From Paludibacteraceae bacterium (GTDB lineage Bacteria; Bacteroidota; Bacteroidia; Bacteroidales; Paludibacteraceae): 64,000 nt of DNA. Below are positions 18,662-27,440 of this stretch, piece by piece. Position 1 is the stretch's first letter; each line of letters begins with the position of its first letter. The stretch is taken from NCBI GenBank assembly GCA_017387515.1, contig JAFOFC010000052.1:2773-66772 (forward strand), given 5' to 3'. A program made the translations under genes and the position numbers. The notes under the pieces were generated by a model. The model did not search any database. It was not told the DNA's origin and saw nothing but the letters and a program-made list of their open reading frames with translations.

Positions 18662-18675
18662 TCTTGTTATGTGGT

Positions 18676-18714
18676 TAAAAAAAGTAGTTGTAAGGATTGC
18701 CCCTACAACTACTT
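18676..18714 (-). terminator. intrinsic terminator after nifJ
   Basis: Hairpin AGTAGTTGTAGGGG/CCTTACAACTACT on the minus strand, followed by TTTTTTT. Confidence 0.65.
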
Positions 18715-18737
18715 TGACGTTATAAACTTGTTAAGGT

Positions 18738-21700
18738 TTAATCGTTAGACCATTGTTTTTCCATGCGTTTGTAGCTGTTGTAACGCCATTTAGCGTTGTC
18801 TTCGGCTGCTTGGAACAATTCTTCGGCTTCTGCAGGGTATTGTTTCATTACAGATGCATAACGAACTTCGCCTTTCAAGAAGTCTTTAAAGCCATCCCAG
18901 TTAGGCTCTTTGCTGTCTAGGCTGAATGGGTTTTTGCCTTCGGCTTCTAGCGCTGGGTTGTAGCGCCACAAGTGCCAGTAACCGCATTTAACAGCTTCTT
19001 CTTGTTCTGCTTGTGCTTTGCCCATGCCTTTTTTCAAGCCGTGGTTAATACAAGGAGCATAAGCAATAATCAAAGAAGGACCAGGATATGCTTCTGCTTC
19101 GCGAATCGCTTTTAAGCATTGTGCTTGGTCGGCACCCATAGCAATTTGTGCTACGTATACATAACCATAGGTAGTAGCAATCATACCCAAGTCTTTTTTA
19201 CGTACGCGTTTGCCGGCAGCAGCAAATTTAGCGATAGCACCTACAGGAGTAGCTTTAGACGATTGACCACCGGTGTTAGAGTAAACTTCGGTATCCAATA
19301 CTAGGATGTTTACGTCTTTGCCCGATGCAATTACGTGGTCTAGACCACCGTAACCAATATCGTAAGAAGCACCGTCGCCACCAATAATCCATTGGCTGCG
19401 TTTAATTAGGTATCCTTTCAATTCAGCAATGCCTTTGCAGATATCGCAGCTGCAAGCTTCTACAGCAGGAATAATCTTTTCTGCCAATTCTTTGGTTTTT
19501 TCGGCATTGTTTTGGTTTTCGATCCATTCTGCAAATAGGCCTTTTAGTTCGTCAGAGCAGCAGTCGCAAGTTTGACCTTTGGTCATAAGGTCGGTTAGGC
19601 GAGCTTTCATTTTTTCGTTGGCTAGTTCCATACCCAAACCAAATTCGCAGAAGTCTTCGAACAACGAGTTAGCCCAAGCAGGACCTTGGCCTTTTTCGTT
19701 GGTGGTGTAAGGAGTAGAAGGAACTGAACCCGAATAGATAGACGAACAACCGGTAGCGTTGGCTACAATTTGACGGTCGCCAAATAGTTGAGAAATCAAT
19801 TTAACGTAAGGAGTTTCGCCGCAACCCGAGCAAGCACCCGAGAATTCAAACAATGGAGTTGCAAATTGCGAGTTCTTAACGTTAGCGTTGATATCTACTA
19901 AGTTTTGTTTAGATTTTACGTTTTCTACGCAGTAATCCCAGTTAGCAGCTTCGGCCAATTGGCTTTCCAAGCTAACCATTTTAAGCGCAGGACCACCCAA
20001 TTTTGGATTACCAGGACATACGTCAACGCAGTTGCCGCAACCCAAGCAGTCCATTACACCTACTTGCATGCGGAATTTCATGCCTTTCATAGCAGCAGGA
20101 GCTTTGATATCAATCATGGTAGCGTTTAGGCCAGCAGCTTCTTGGTCGTCTAGTACAAATGGACGGATACAAGCGTGAGGACAAACGTAAGCACATTTGT
20201 TACATTGAATACAGTTGTCGGCATTCCATACAGGAACAAAGGCTGCAACACCACGTTTTTCGTATTTAGCAGTGCCAGCGTACCAAGTACCGTCTTCAAT
20301 ACCTTTAAATGCAGATACAGGCAACAAGTCGCCGTCTTGTGCATTGATAGGACGTACAACGTTGTTGATAAAGTCTGGATCGTTGTTAGCTACAGCAGCG
20401 TCATCGGCTAGGTTAGCCCATGCTGCATCGATGGTTAATTGTTTGTATTCGCCACCGCGGTCTACTGCAGCATTGTTTTTGTCAACAATGTCTTGACCTT
20501 TTTTACCGTACGATTTAACAATGAATTTCTTCATTTGTTCTACGGCCAAATCTACTGGAATTACACCGGTAATACGGAAGAATGCCGATTGCAAAATGGT
20601 GTTGGTACGGTTGCCCAAACCAATTTCTTGTGCAATTTGAGTAGCGTTGATGTAGTAAACGGTAATGTCGTTTTGAGCAAAGTAACGTTTTACTTTGTTT
20701 GGCAAGTTTTTAGCCAATTCTTCTTCGTTCCAAACGGTGTTCAAAAGGAATGTACCGCCTTTTTGCAAACCGCGGGTAACGTCGTACATACGCAAGTAAG
20801 CTTGTACGTGGCAAGCTACAAAGTTAGGTGTATTTACCAAGTAGGTGCTGCGAATAGCGTTGTCGCCAAAACGCAAGTGCGAACAGGTAAAACCACCCGA
20901 CTTTTTAGAGTCGTAAGAGAAGTATGCTTGGCAATATTTGTTGGTGTTGTCACCAATAATTTTAACCGAGTTTTTGTTAGCACCAACGGTACCGTCAGCA
21001 CCTAAACCGTAGAATTTAGCTTCGAACATGCCTTCGCCACCAACAGCCACTTCTTCTTTTTTAGGAAGAGAGGTAAAGGTAACGTCGTCTTCAATACCAA
21101 TGTTGAATTGGTTTTTAGGCTCGTTCATAGCCAAGTTTTCGTATACAGCCAAAATTTGAGCAGGAGTGGTGTCTTTCGATCCCAAACCATAGCGACCACC
21201 TACTACAAGTGGAGCGTTTTCTTGGTTGTAAAGAATGTCTTTTACATCTAGGTACAAAGGTTCGCCGTTTGCACCAGGTTCTTTGGTACGGTCCAAAACA
21301 GCAATGCGTTTAGCCGATTTTGGAAGTGCAGCCAAGAAGTGTTTAGCAGAGAATGGACGATACAAGTGAACAGCAACCAAACCTACTTTTTCGCCTTTTG
21401 CCATCAAGTAGTCGATGGTTTCGCGAATAGCTTCGGTAACCGAACCCATAGCAATAATTACGCGGTCTGCGTCTTCGGCACCATAGTAGTTAAACAAACC
21501 ATAGTTACGGCCAGTAATTTTGCTGATTTCGTTCATGTATTCTTCTACAATAGCAGGAACATTGTTGTAATAGGTGTTGCTGCTTTCGCGGTGTTGGAAG
21601 AAGTGGTCGGGGTTTTCGGCCATACCACGCATAACAGGAGCATTTGGATTCAATGCGCGAGCGCGGAATTCTGCCAATGCTTGTTGGTCGATAAGTGGAG

Positions 21701-22280
21701 CCAAATCTTCGTTTTCTAATGCTTCAATTTTTTGGATTTCGTGCGATGTACGGAATCCGTCAAAGAAGTTAACAAAAGGAACGCGCGATTTGATGGTAGC
21801 CAAGTGTGCAACACCAGCCAAGTCCATTACTTCTTGAACAGATCCTTCTGCCAACATAGCAAAACCGGTTTGACGGCATGCCATAACGTCTTGGTGGTCG
21901 CCAAAGATACACAATGCGTGTGATGCTAATGTACGAGCTGATACGTGGAATACGCAAGGCAACAACTCGCCTGCAATTTTGTACATATTAGGAATCATTA
22001 GCAACAAACCTTGCGATGCAGTGTAGGTGGTAGTAAGCGCACCTGCTTGCAACGAACCGTGTACTGCACCAGCGGCACCGCCTTCTGATTGCATTTCTTG
22101 TACCAAGACTGTTTCGCCAAAGATGTTTTTACGTCCGGCGGCAGCCCATTCGTCTACGTATTCGGCCATGGTGGACGAAGGCGTAATGGGGTAGATGGCA
22201 GCCACTTCAGAGAACATATACGAGATATGTGCAGCGGCTTGGTTTCCATCACATGTTAGAAATTTCTTTTCTTTTGCCAT
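18738..22280 (-). CDS. nifJ: pyruvate:ferredoxin (flavodoxin) oxidoreductase
   Basis: 1180-aa single-chain PFOR with two ferredoxin-type CxxCxxCxxxCP motifs (CIQCNKCAYVCP, CLGCGNCVDVCP) and the TPP-binding GGDGxxYDIG motif (GGDGASYDIGYGGLDH). Confidence 0.95.
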   Translation of the reverse strand: MAKEKKFLTCDGNQAAAHISYMFSEVAAIYPITPSSTMAEYVDEWAAAGRKNIFGETVLVQEMQSEGGAAGAVHGSLQAGALTTTYTASQGLLLMIPNMYKIAGELLPCVFHVSARTLASHALCIFGDHQDVMACRQTGFAMLAEGSVQEVMDLAGVAHLATIKSRVPFVNFFDGFRTSHEIQKIEALENEDLAPLIDQQALAEFRARALNPNAPVMRGMAENPDHFFQHRESSNTYYNNVPAIVEEYMNEISKITGRNYGLFNYYGAEDADRVIIAMGSVTEAIRETIDYLMAKGEKVGLVAVHLYRPFSAKHFLAALPKSAKRIAVLDRTKEPGANGEPLYLDVKDILYNQENAPLVVGGRYGLGSKDTTPAQILAVYENLAMNEPKNQFNIGIEDDVTFTSLPKKEEVAVGGEGMFEAKFYGLGADGTVGANKNSVKIIGDNTNKYCQAYFSYDSKKSGGFTCSHLRFGDNAIRSTYLVNTPNFVACHVQAYLRMYDVTRGLQKGGTFLLNTVWNEEELAKNLPNKVKRYFAQNDITVYYINATQIAQEIGLGNRTNTILQSAFFRITGVIPVDLAVEQMKKFIVKSYGKKGQDIVDKNNAAVDRGGEYKQLTIDAAWANLADDAAVANNDPDFINNVVRPINAQDGDLLPVSAFKGIEDGTWYAGTAKYEKRGVAAFVPVWNADNCIQCNKCAYVCPHACIRPFVLDDQEAAGLNATMIDIKAPAAMKGMKFRMQVGVMDCLGCGNCVDVCPGNPKLGGPALKMVSLESQLAEAANWDYCVENVKSKQNLVDINANVKNSQFATPLFEFSGACSGCGETPYVKLISQLFGDRQIVANATGCSSIYSGSVPSTPYTTNEKGQGPAWANSLFEDFCEFGLGMELANEKMKARLTDLMTKGQTCDCCSDELKGLFAEWIENQNNAEKTKELAEKIIPAVEACSCDICKGIAELKGYLIKRSQWIIGGDGASYDIGYGGLDHVIASGKDVNILVLDTEVYSNTGGQSSKATPVGAIAKFAAAGKRVRKKDLGMIATTYGYVYVAQIAMGADQAQCLKAIREAEAYPGPSLIIAYAPCINHGLKKGMGKAQAEQEEAVKCGYWHLWRYNPALEAEGKNPFSLDSKEPNWDGFKDFLKGEVRYASVMKQYPAEAEELFQAAEDNAKWRYNSYKRMEKQWSND

Positions 22281-22323
22281 TTGTATTGAAATTAAATGTG
22301 AATATTAATTGTTCATTATTGGG

Positions 22324-23838
22324 TTAGCCATTCATAGAGGCTAAAAATTCTTCGTTCGATTGGGTTCCTTCAATGCGCAATTTTAAGAACTCCATGGCTT
22401 CTACCGAGTTCATGTCGGATAGATGACGGCGCAATACCCACATGCGGTTAAGGATGCCATCTTCTAACAACAAATCGTCGCGACGGGTACCCGATGCCAT
22501 GATGTCGATGGCGGGGAAAATACGGCGGTTTGATAATTTGCGATCCAATTGCAACTCCATGTTGCCCGTACCCTTAAATTCTTCAAAAATAACATCGTCC
22601 ATTTTAGAGCCCGTTTCGGTTAGGGCAGTGGCAATAATGGTTAAGCTACCTCCGTTTTCGATGTTACGAGCCGCACCAAAGAAACGTTTGGGTTTGTGTA
22701 AAGCGTTGGCATCTACACCGCCCGATAATACCTTACCCGAAGCAGGAGCGGTAGTGTTATAAGCACGTGCTAATCGGGTAATAGAGTCTAGCAAGATAAC
22801 TACATCATGACCGCATTCTACCAAACGTTTGGCTTTTTCGTGTACAATCGATGCTACTTTTACGTGTTTTTCGGCTGGCTCGTCAAAGGTTGATGATACT
22901 ACTTCGGCTTTTACGCTGCGGGCCATGTCGGTTACCTCTTCGGGGCGTTCGTCAATTAGCAAAATAATCATGTACACCTCGGGGTGGTTTTCTAAAATGG
23001 CGTTGGCCAATTCTTTTAGTAAAACCGTTTTACCTGTTTTGGGTTGTGCTACAATTAGTCCACGTTGGCCTTTGCCTATGGGGCTAAACAAATCTACAAT
23101 GCGGGTAGATAGGGTAGCGTTCTTTCCATGACTTAAATCAAATTTTTCGTCGGGGAATAGGGGGGTAAGGTGTTCAAATGGAACACGATCGCGTACGTAC
23201 GATGGGTCGCGTCCGTTGATTTTTTCTACCCTTACCAAAGGAAAATATTTTTCGCCTTCTTTGGGTGGACGGATAGGACCATCTACGGTATCGCCAGTTT
23301 TTAGCCCAAACAATCTAATTTGCGATTGCGATACATACACATCGTCGGGCGATGGAAAGTAATCGTATTCGGGCGAACGCAAAAAACCATAACCGTCTTG
23401 TACTATTTCTAGCACACCTGTGCCACGAATAATATCGTCAAACTCGTAAGGTTTTTCGCTCTTGTCGGTACGTTCTGCTTTTTCTTGCTTATCGTTTTTG
23501 TCAAATTTTTCAACCTTTTCTGCCTTCTCTGCTTGCTCGGTTGCTTCTTGTTTGGCTGCTTTTTCTTGGCGAAGCAATTTGGCGGCAATGGTTTCCATTT
23601 CAACGCCTTCTAGTTCAGTATCGATAGAAGGAGTAGGCTCTTCTGCTACTTTTTTGCGTCTGCCACGAGTAGGTTTTGGAGTATCTGTAGGAGTTTCGGT
23701 AGCAACTTCTGTTTCTGTTGTGTTGGCTACTTGTACATTTATGTTAGGATCTGTAACCGACCCTGGCAAAGCTACTTTTTGGGCAGTACTACGTTTAATA
23801 CGTTCGCGTTTTTTCTTTTCAACAACTTCTTCGGCCAT
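22324..23838 (-). CDS. rho: transcription termination factor Rho with a K/E/T-rich N-terminal extension
   Basis: OB-fold region [15 protein letters not shown], Walker [25 protein letters not shown] and the C-terminal RRDDLLL region. The track ORF starts with GTG at 23928. That codon lies 1 nt downstream of a TAATTTTG -7 box, so I prefer the ATG at 23838 ([10 protein letters not shown]..., 504 aa). Confidence 0.85.
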   Translation of the reverse strand: MAEEVVEKKKRERIKRSTAQKVALPGSVTDPNINVQVANTTETEVATETPTDTPKPTRGRRKKVAEEPTPSIDTELEGVEMETIAAKLLRQEKAAKQEATEQAEKAEKVEKFDKNDKQEKAERTDKSEKPYEFDDIIRGTGVLEIVQDGYGFLRSPEYDYFPSPDDVYVSQSQIRLFGLKTGDTVDGPIRPPKEGEKYFPLVRVEKINGRDPSYVRDRVPFEHLTPLFPDEKFDLSHGKNATLSTRIVDLFSPIGKGQRGLIVAQPKTGKTVLLKELANAILENHPEVYMIILLIDERPEEVTDMARSVKAEVVSSTFDEPAEKHVKVASIVHEKAKRLVECGHDVVILLDSITRLARAYNTTAPASGKVLSGGVDANALHKPKRFFGAARNIENGGSLTIIATALTETGSKMDDVIFEEFKGTGNMELQLDRKLSNRRIFPAIDIMASGTRRDDLLLEDGILNRMWVLRRHLSDMNSVEAMEFLKLRIEGTQSNEEFLASMNG

Positions 23839-23929
23839 AAAACGATGTTTTGCTTGTGCAAAAGAGGAATAATGATTATTGTTTTGGATAAGAGCAAGAA
23901 CAGCAGTTGGGTCCTTGCTATAGAACACG

Positions 23930-23937
23930 CAAAATTA
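23930..23937 (-). promoter_or_regulatory. putative -7 promoter box (TAATTTTG on the minus strand) for rho
   Basis: Plus strand CAAAATTA at 23930-23937. It sits between the amylase-2 terminator and the rho coding region. Confidence 0.35.
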
Positions 23938-23969
23938 AAAATAAAATTGGCAATCACCAAAAAAAGCAT

Positions 23970-24002
23970 AAAAAAAAGGCAACCCGCAGGTTGCCCTTTT
24001 TT
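23970..24002 (-). terminator. intrinsic terminator after amylase 2 (bidirectional in appearance)
   Basis: GGCAACC-CGCA-GGTTGCC hairpin flanked by A8 and T6 runs. Confidence 0.7.
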
Positions 24003-24018
24003 GCATATTACTAAAATG

Positions 24019-26847
24019 TTACTTTTTAATCACTTTTTGTACCATGCTTTCGCCATCGGCAAATTGAATTTCTACTAAGTACATAGAAGCAGCCAAGTTG
24101 CTTAGGTCTAATAAGTTAGACGAGAAGCTAGCTACGGTTTTGCCAATTAGGTTGCGAACTACCACATTGCTTACTTCTTTGTTAGAAGCAATTACTGCTT
24201 TGCCAGTAGTTGGGTTAGGATAGATGGTAGTGCTTTCGGCAAGTGCGTCTTCTATCGAAGTGGTTTGGCCACCCATGGTGTACGATAGGGTTAGGGTACC
24301 ATCGCTGTTTTCTTTTAAGGTAAAGGTTGCAGTACCAGCTGGTACACCAACTTTTTCCCATTTGATTCCGTCGCCAAATGTCGTTTTTTCTAGGGTGGCT
24401 GTTGCTCCAGCTTCATTTGGTAGTACGTATTCTGCTACCATGTAGCAGCCAGAAAGGTCGCCTGTTTTGATGTAAATGTAAGAGGTTTTGTTAAAGGTAA
24501 CGGTTACTTTGCCATTAACAAATCTGTAATCGCCTAAATTGTTCCAATCATCACCACTGCCATAGTCTGCACCGTCAATGTAGCCAATTAGGTAATAGTC
24601 GCCAGCTAGGGTGCCGCCCGTGTTACCACCTTCTTCGTTTCCGCCAGTGTTTCCGCCAGTGTTGCCACCTGTGTTGCCTCCCGTATTACCGCCATTCTCA
24701 GGACAGTCTGTTCCATAGCCAATGTACATGGTGTCGTCATTAAATTTAAGTTTAATGTAAATGTTGTAGCAGCCATCTGCGTTGCAAATTACACTCGATA
24801 AGTCTGGTGTAAAGTCTTTACCTGCGTCGTGTTCTTCTATGTTAGCAATTACCCATTCAACACCGCTCGATGCGTCGAAGCATACAAATGAGTCGCCTTC
24901 TTTCATGGGAACAGATGCCATGTACTGTGTGCGTCCTTGGAAGTCAACTTCTCCTTGTGGTACTGCTTCGTAGTTGGTTTTGCCATTTACACGAATATAA
25001 TACCCTGTTCCTGTAATATTGCCCGTGTTGCCACCAGTATTGCCACCAGTATTGCCACCAGTGTTGTCGCCAGTATTACCACCAGTGTTGCCGCCGGTAT
25101 TGTTGCCTGATTGGTCGCATAAGCTACCTGCACCAATGTACATGGTGTCATCTTGGTATTTTAGTTTGATGTAAATATCGTAGCAGCCATCTACGTTACA
25201 AGTTGTTTTGCCGGTAGTGCTAGTTGCCGCGGTAAAGTTTTTACCCATATCGTATGCTTCTAGGGTAGTGATAGACCATTCGGCCTTATTTACTACGTCA
25301 TAGCATACAAAGGTGTCACCTTTTTTAAGTTCTACAGATGCTACGTATTGTGTACGGTCTTGGAAGTCTAATACACCAGTAGCAAATGCGGTATAGTCGG
25401 TTTTTCCATTAACACGGATAGCAAATTGAGATGAACTGACGGTGGTATCGCTGTTGTCAAAGTCAGAACCGCCTGTATTGCCGCCAGTGTTATCGCCTGT
25501 ATTGCCACCAGTGTTACCGCCAGTATTACCGCCAGAAACGTCTAGGTTTTTGCTAATATAGTAAGCCCATCCGTTACCTTTGCAAGCTAGTTTGTAGTCG
25601 CTACCTGGATCGGGCCAGTTGGCACCAATAAAGCAAATTAGCGTACCTTTTGTACCAGTGGTGGTACATTTGTAGTAGCTACCGCATGTACCTGCAGTTG
25701 AACTTGCAGATTCGCTGTGAACACCTGCCGCTTTACGAGCAGCAACCATGTTTTTAATGTCGTTTTTACATTTTACCCAGTGAGGCCAGAAAACGCAAGG
25801 AATACCAGGGGCAGAAAGGATGTAAGCGTTGGCTTTGTCCCAGTCGCCTGTAAATTTACTACCATCGCGGAAAGTATCGTGGTTGTCTACAAAGGTAACA
25901 GCACAGCGTTTCATTTGTTTACCTTGTATCATTTCTGTACTACCGCATAAACCTTGAGGAGCACCGATGCCTGCCATTGCGCCATAGTTGCGAGATGCAA
26001 GTGCGTTATTCAATGCAGCATATTTCATGGGGAAGTCAAATGCCATAGAGTTGGCGCCAGTGTCGTTAATCCAGTTTCTAACTGCGCCGTAATCACCGTC
26101 CCAGAATTCACCTACCGACATGTAAGCGCCTGCTGCTTGGTTATATGAATTGGTATATTGTCCTTTATAGCCTTTAACCAAGTCGTAACGCCAGCCATCA
26201 TAGCCAATTACATTTTTCATCCATTTTAGGTAAGCTTTAATGGCACTTTGAAGGTAGGTATTGCTGTGGTCCAAGTCGCGCGAAGCACAGTAACCACCTG
26301 ATGCATCGCAGTTGTAGTCGTATCCGCTGTCGGCATTACCACTAGGTCTAATTTGGCCACTTTCGCGACTTACTTCGTCGTTGTTGCAAATATAGGGACA
26401 AGGACTTGCATAAAGGTTAAATTTGCCATATGTGCCAAAGTCTTCATTGCAAAAATCGGCCCAATTGTAGTTGCCGTCTCGGTGGTTAATAACAATATCT
26501 GCTACGCAACGTTTGTTGGTGCCTTTTGCTTTGAATGCAGAAATAAAGTCTGTTAATTCTTTTTGACTTCCCCATACACTTGATTGGTTACTCCAGCATT
26601 TTGGGTGATAGCCGGTACCTCCACTAGATTGTGCAGATGGTGGAAGCCAAATAAGATCGAACGTAGCTGCTAGTTCGTCAACTTGCTTTTGTAAGTCGGT
26701 CCATTTGGTACGTCCGTAACCTTTGTCGGTGTACGAGTCCCAATAGAAACCTTGAAGCATTACGTCGGGAGCTTGAGCTGGTGCTTGTGCAAATGCACTT
26801 AAGCAACTTACTAAAAATAGCCCCACTAAGAAAGTAATTTTTTTCAT
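24019..26847 (-). CDS. multidomain GH13 alpha-amylase with three (GGNT)n linkers, a duplicated ~105-aa domain, a third beta-rich domain and a T9SS CTD
   Basis: 942-aa ORF with a signal peptide. GH13 regions are present: MLQGFYWDSY, DIVINHR, GWRYDLVKGY, VGEFWDG and FVDNHDTF. The C-terminus has IYPNPTTGKAVIAS...MYLVEIQ...VQKVIKK. Confidence 0.85.
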   Translation of the reverse strand: MKKITFLVGLFLVSCLSAFAQAPAQAPDVMLQGFYWDSYTDKGYGRTKWTDLQKQVDELAATFDLIWLPPSAQSSGGTGYHPKCWSNQSSVWGSQKELTDFISAFKAKGTNKRCVADIVINHRDGNYNWADFCNEDFGTYGKFNLYASPCPYICNNDEVSRESGQIRPSGNADSGYDYNCDASGGYCASRDLDHSNTYLQSAIKAYLKWMKNVIGYDGWRYDLVKGYKGQYTNSYNQAAGAYMSVGEFWDGDYGAVRNWINDTGANSMAFDFPMKYAALNNALASRNYGAMAGIGAPQGLCGSTEMIQGKQMKRCAVTFVDNHDTFRDGSKFTGDWDKANAYILSAPGIPCVFWPHWVKCKNDIKNMVAARKAAGVHSESASSTAGTCGSYYKCTTTGTKGTLICFIGANWPDPGSDYKLACKGNGWAYYISKNLDVSGGNTGGNTGGNTGDNTGGNTGGSDFDNSDTTVSSSQFAIRVNGKTDYTAFATGVLDFQDRTQYVASVELKKGDTFVCYDVVNKAEWSITTLEAYDMGKNFTAATSTTGKTTCNVDGCYDIYIKLKYQDDTMYIGAGSLCDQSGNNTGGNTGGNTGDNTGGNTGGNTGGNTGNITGTGYYIRVNGKTNYEAVPQGEVDFQGRTQYMASVPMKEGDSFVCFDASSGVEWVIANIEEHDAGKDFTPDLSSVICNADGCYNIYIKLKFNDDTMYIGYGTDCPENGGNTGGNTGGNTGGNTGGNEEGGNTGGTLAGDYYLIGYIDGADYGSGDDWNNLGDYRFVNGKVTVTFNKTSYIYIKTGDLSGCYMVAEYVLPNEAGATATLEKTTFGDGIKWEKVGVPAGTATFTLKENSDGTLTLSYTMGGQTTSIEDALAESTTIYPNPTTGKAVIASNKEVSNVVVRNLIGKTVASFSSNLLDLSNLAASMYLVEIQFADGESMVQKVIKK
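24022..24264 (-). other. T9SS type-A C-terminal sorting domain of amylase 2
   Basis: The last ~81 aa contain the YPNPTTG motif and end in KVIKK. Confidence 0.75.
24614..24693 (-). repeat. in-frame 12-nt tandem repeat encoding linker GGNTGGNTGGNTGGNTGGNEEGGNTGG
   Basis: Plus strand shows GTGTT(A/G/T)CC(A/G)CC-type units repeated head to tail. Confidence 0.85.
25010..25110 (-). repeat. in-frame 12-nt tandem repeat encoding linker GNNTGGNTGGNTGDNTGGNTGGNTGGNTGNITG
   Basis: About 8 consecutive 12-nt units (GTATTGCCACCA-like). Confidence 0.85.
25466..25538 (-). repeat. in-frame 12-nt tandem repeat encoding linker GGNTGGNTGGNTGDNTGGNTGG
   Basis: About 6 consecutive 12-nt units. Confidence 0.85.
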
Positions 26848-26946
26848 AGTTTATAAATTATTTAGGGTTTGATATAAACACATAATCGCTACAAAGATAC
26901 GAAGAATAATTTTAACACGCAAACGATGCAGGGAGTTTAACATTTT

Positions 26947-27127
26947 TGTTTAGGTGTTGAGTCGTTTAGTCGTTGAGGTGATGCAATCTGACGACATTTG
27001 GTGGAGGTCGGAAATAGATTTTTATGTGCAAAAACGTTAAGCAAAATGTGTTGTTTGAGCGAAGCGAGTTCACATTTTGTAGTTTTTGTATGTGAAAATC
27101 CCGACCGGAAACCAAGTCGGAAGATGA
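26947..27127 (+). repeat. ~181-bp dispersed intergenic element, copy 1
   Basis: Its reverse complement aligns end to end with 43657-43839. I count about 9 mismatches or indels, roughly 95% identity. Confidence 0.85.
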
Positions 27128-27229
27128 ATTGCCTAAACGAAGTAGGGACGCACGGCTCGTGCGTCCGTGGCCGAGTCATCGATTCAATTCGGGCCCTTTA
27201 ATATCTTTGGCTGCGCCTCGGCAAAGTTC

Positions 27230-27265
27230 AAAACTGGGCACTTCGACAAGCTCAGTGACCGTTTT
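27230..27265 (-). repeat. conserved-loop hairpin repeat, copy 2
   Basis: The minus strand reads AAAACGG-T-CAC TGAGCTTGTCGAA GTG-C-CCAGTTTT. Confidence 0.7.
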
Positions 27266-27312
27266 GCTTCTGCGCTCGGCTTGCACAAAGATTACTCCCT
27301 TCGGTTGTCAAC

Positions 27313-27335
27313 ACGTCGACAAGCTCAGGGACCGC
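27313..27335 (-). repeat. conserved-loop hairpin repeat, copy 3 (right arm degenerate)
   Basis: The minus strand reads GCGG-T-CCC TGAGCTTGTCGAC GTG..., with no complementary outer arm. Confidence 0.55.
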
Positions 27336-27440
27336 ATTGATTATGCAATTTAACGATTAAACGATTATGCGTTGCGCAGCAACAATCGACCTTCGACTTT
27401 TGACCTTCGACTTGTGACTTGCAACCTTCGACTTTTGGCG

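Noticed and set aside
22324-23928. The 534-aa version of Rho starting at the GTG at 23928.
   Set aside because: The GTG lies 1 nt downstream of a good TAATTTTG -7 box, so it would probably be outside the transcript. The first 30 residues are not Rho-like. I prefer the ATG at 23838, but this remains unverified.
24614-25538. 12-nt tandem repeats considered as noncoding satellites or CRISPR-like repeats.
   Set aside because: They are in frame inside a long, well-supported GH13 ORF and encode (GGNT)n linkers.
26937-27353. Track ORFs 26937-27179 (-), 26998-27201 (+) and 27129-27353 (+) in the amylase-2/truA gap.
   Set aside because: They run through the dispersed repeat and hairpin elements and have no start-site context or recognisable domains. 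The second copy of the 181-bp element (43657-43839) does not preserve an equivalent long ORF in the track. I treat them as noncoding repeat DNA.
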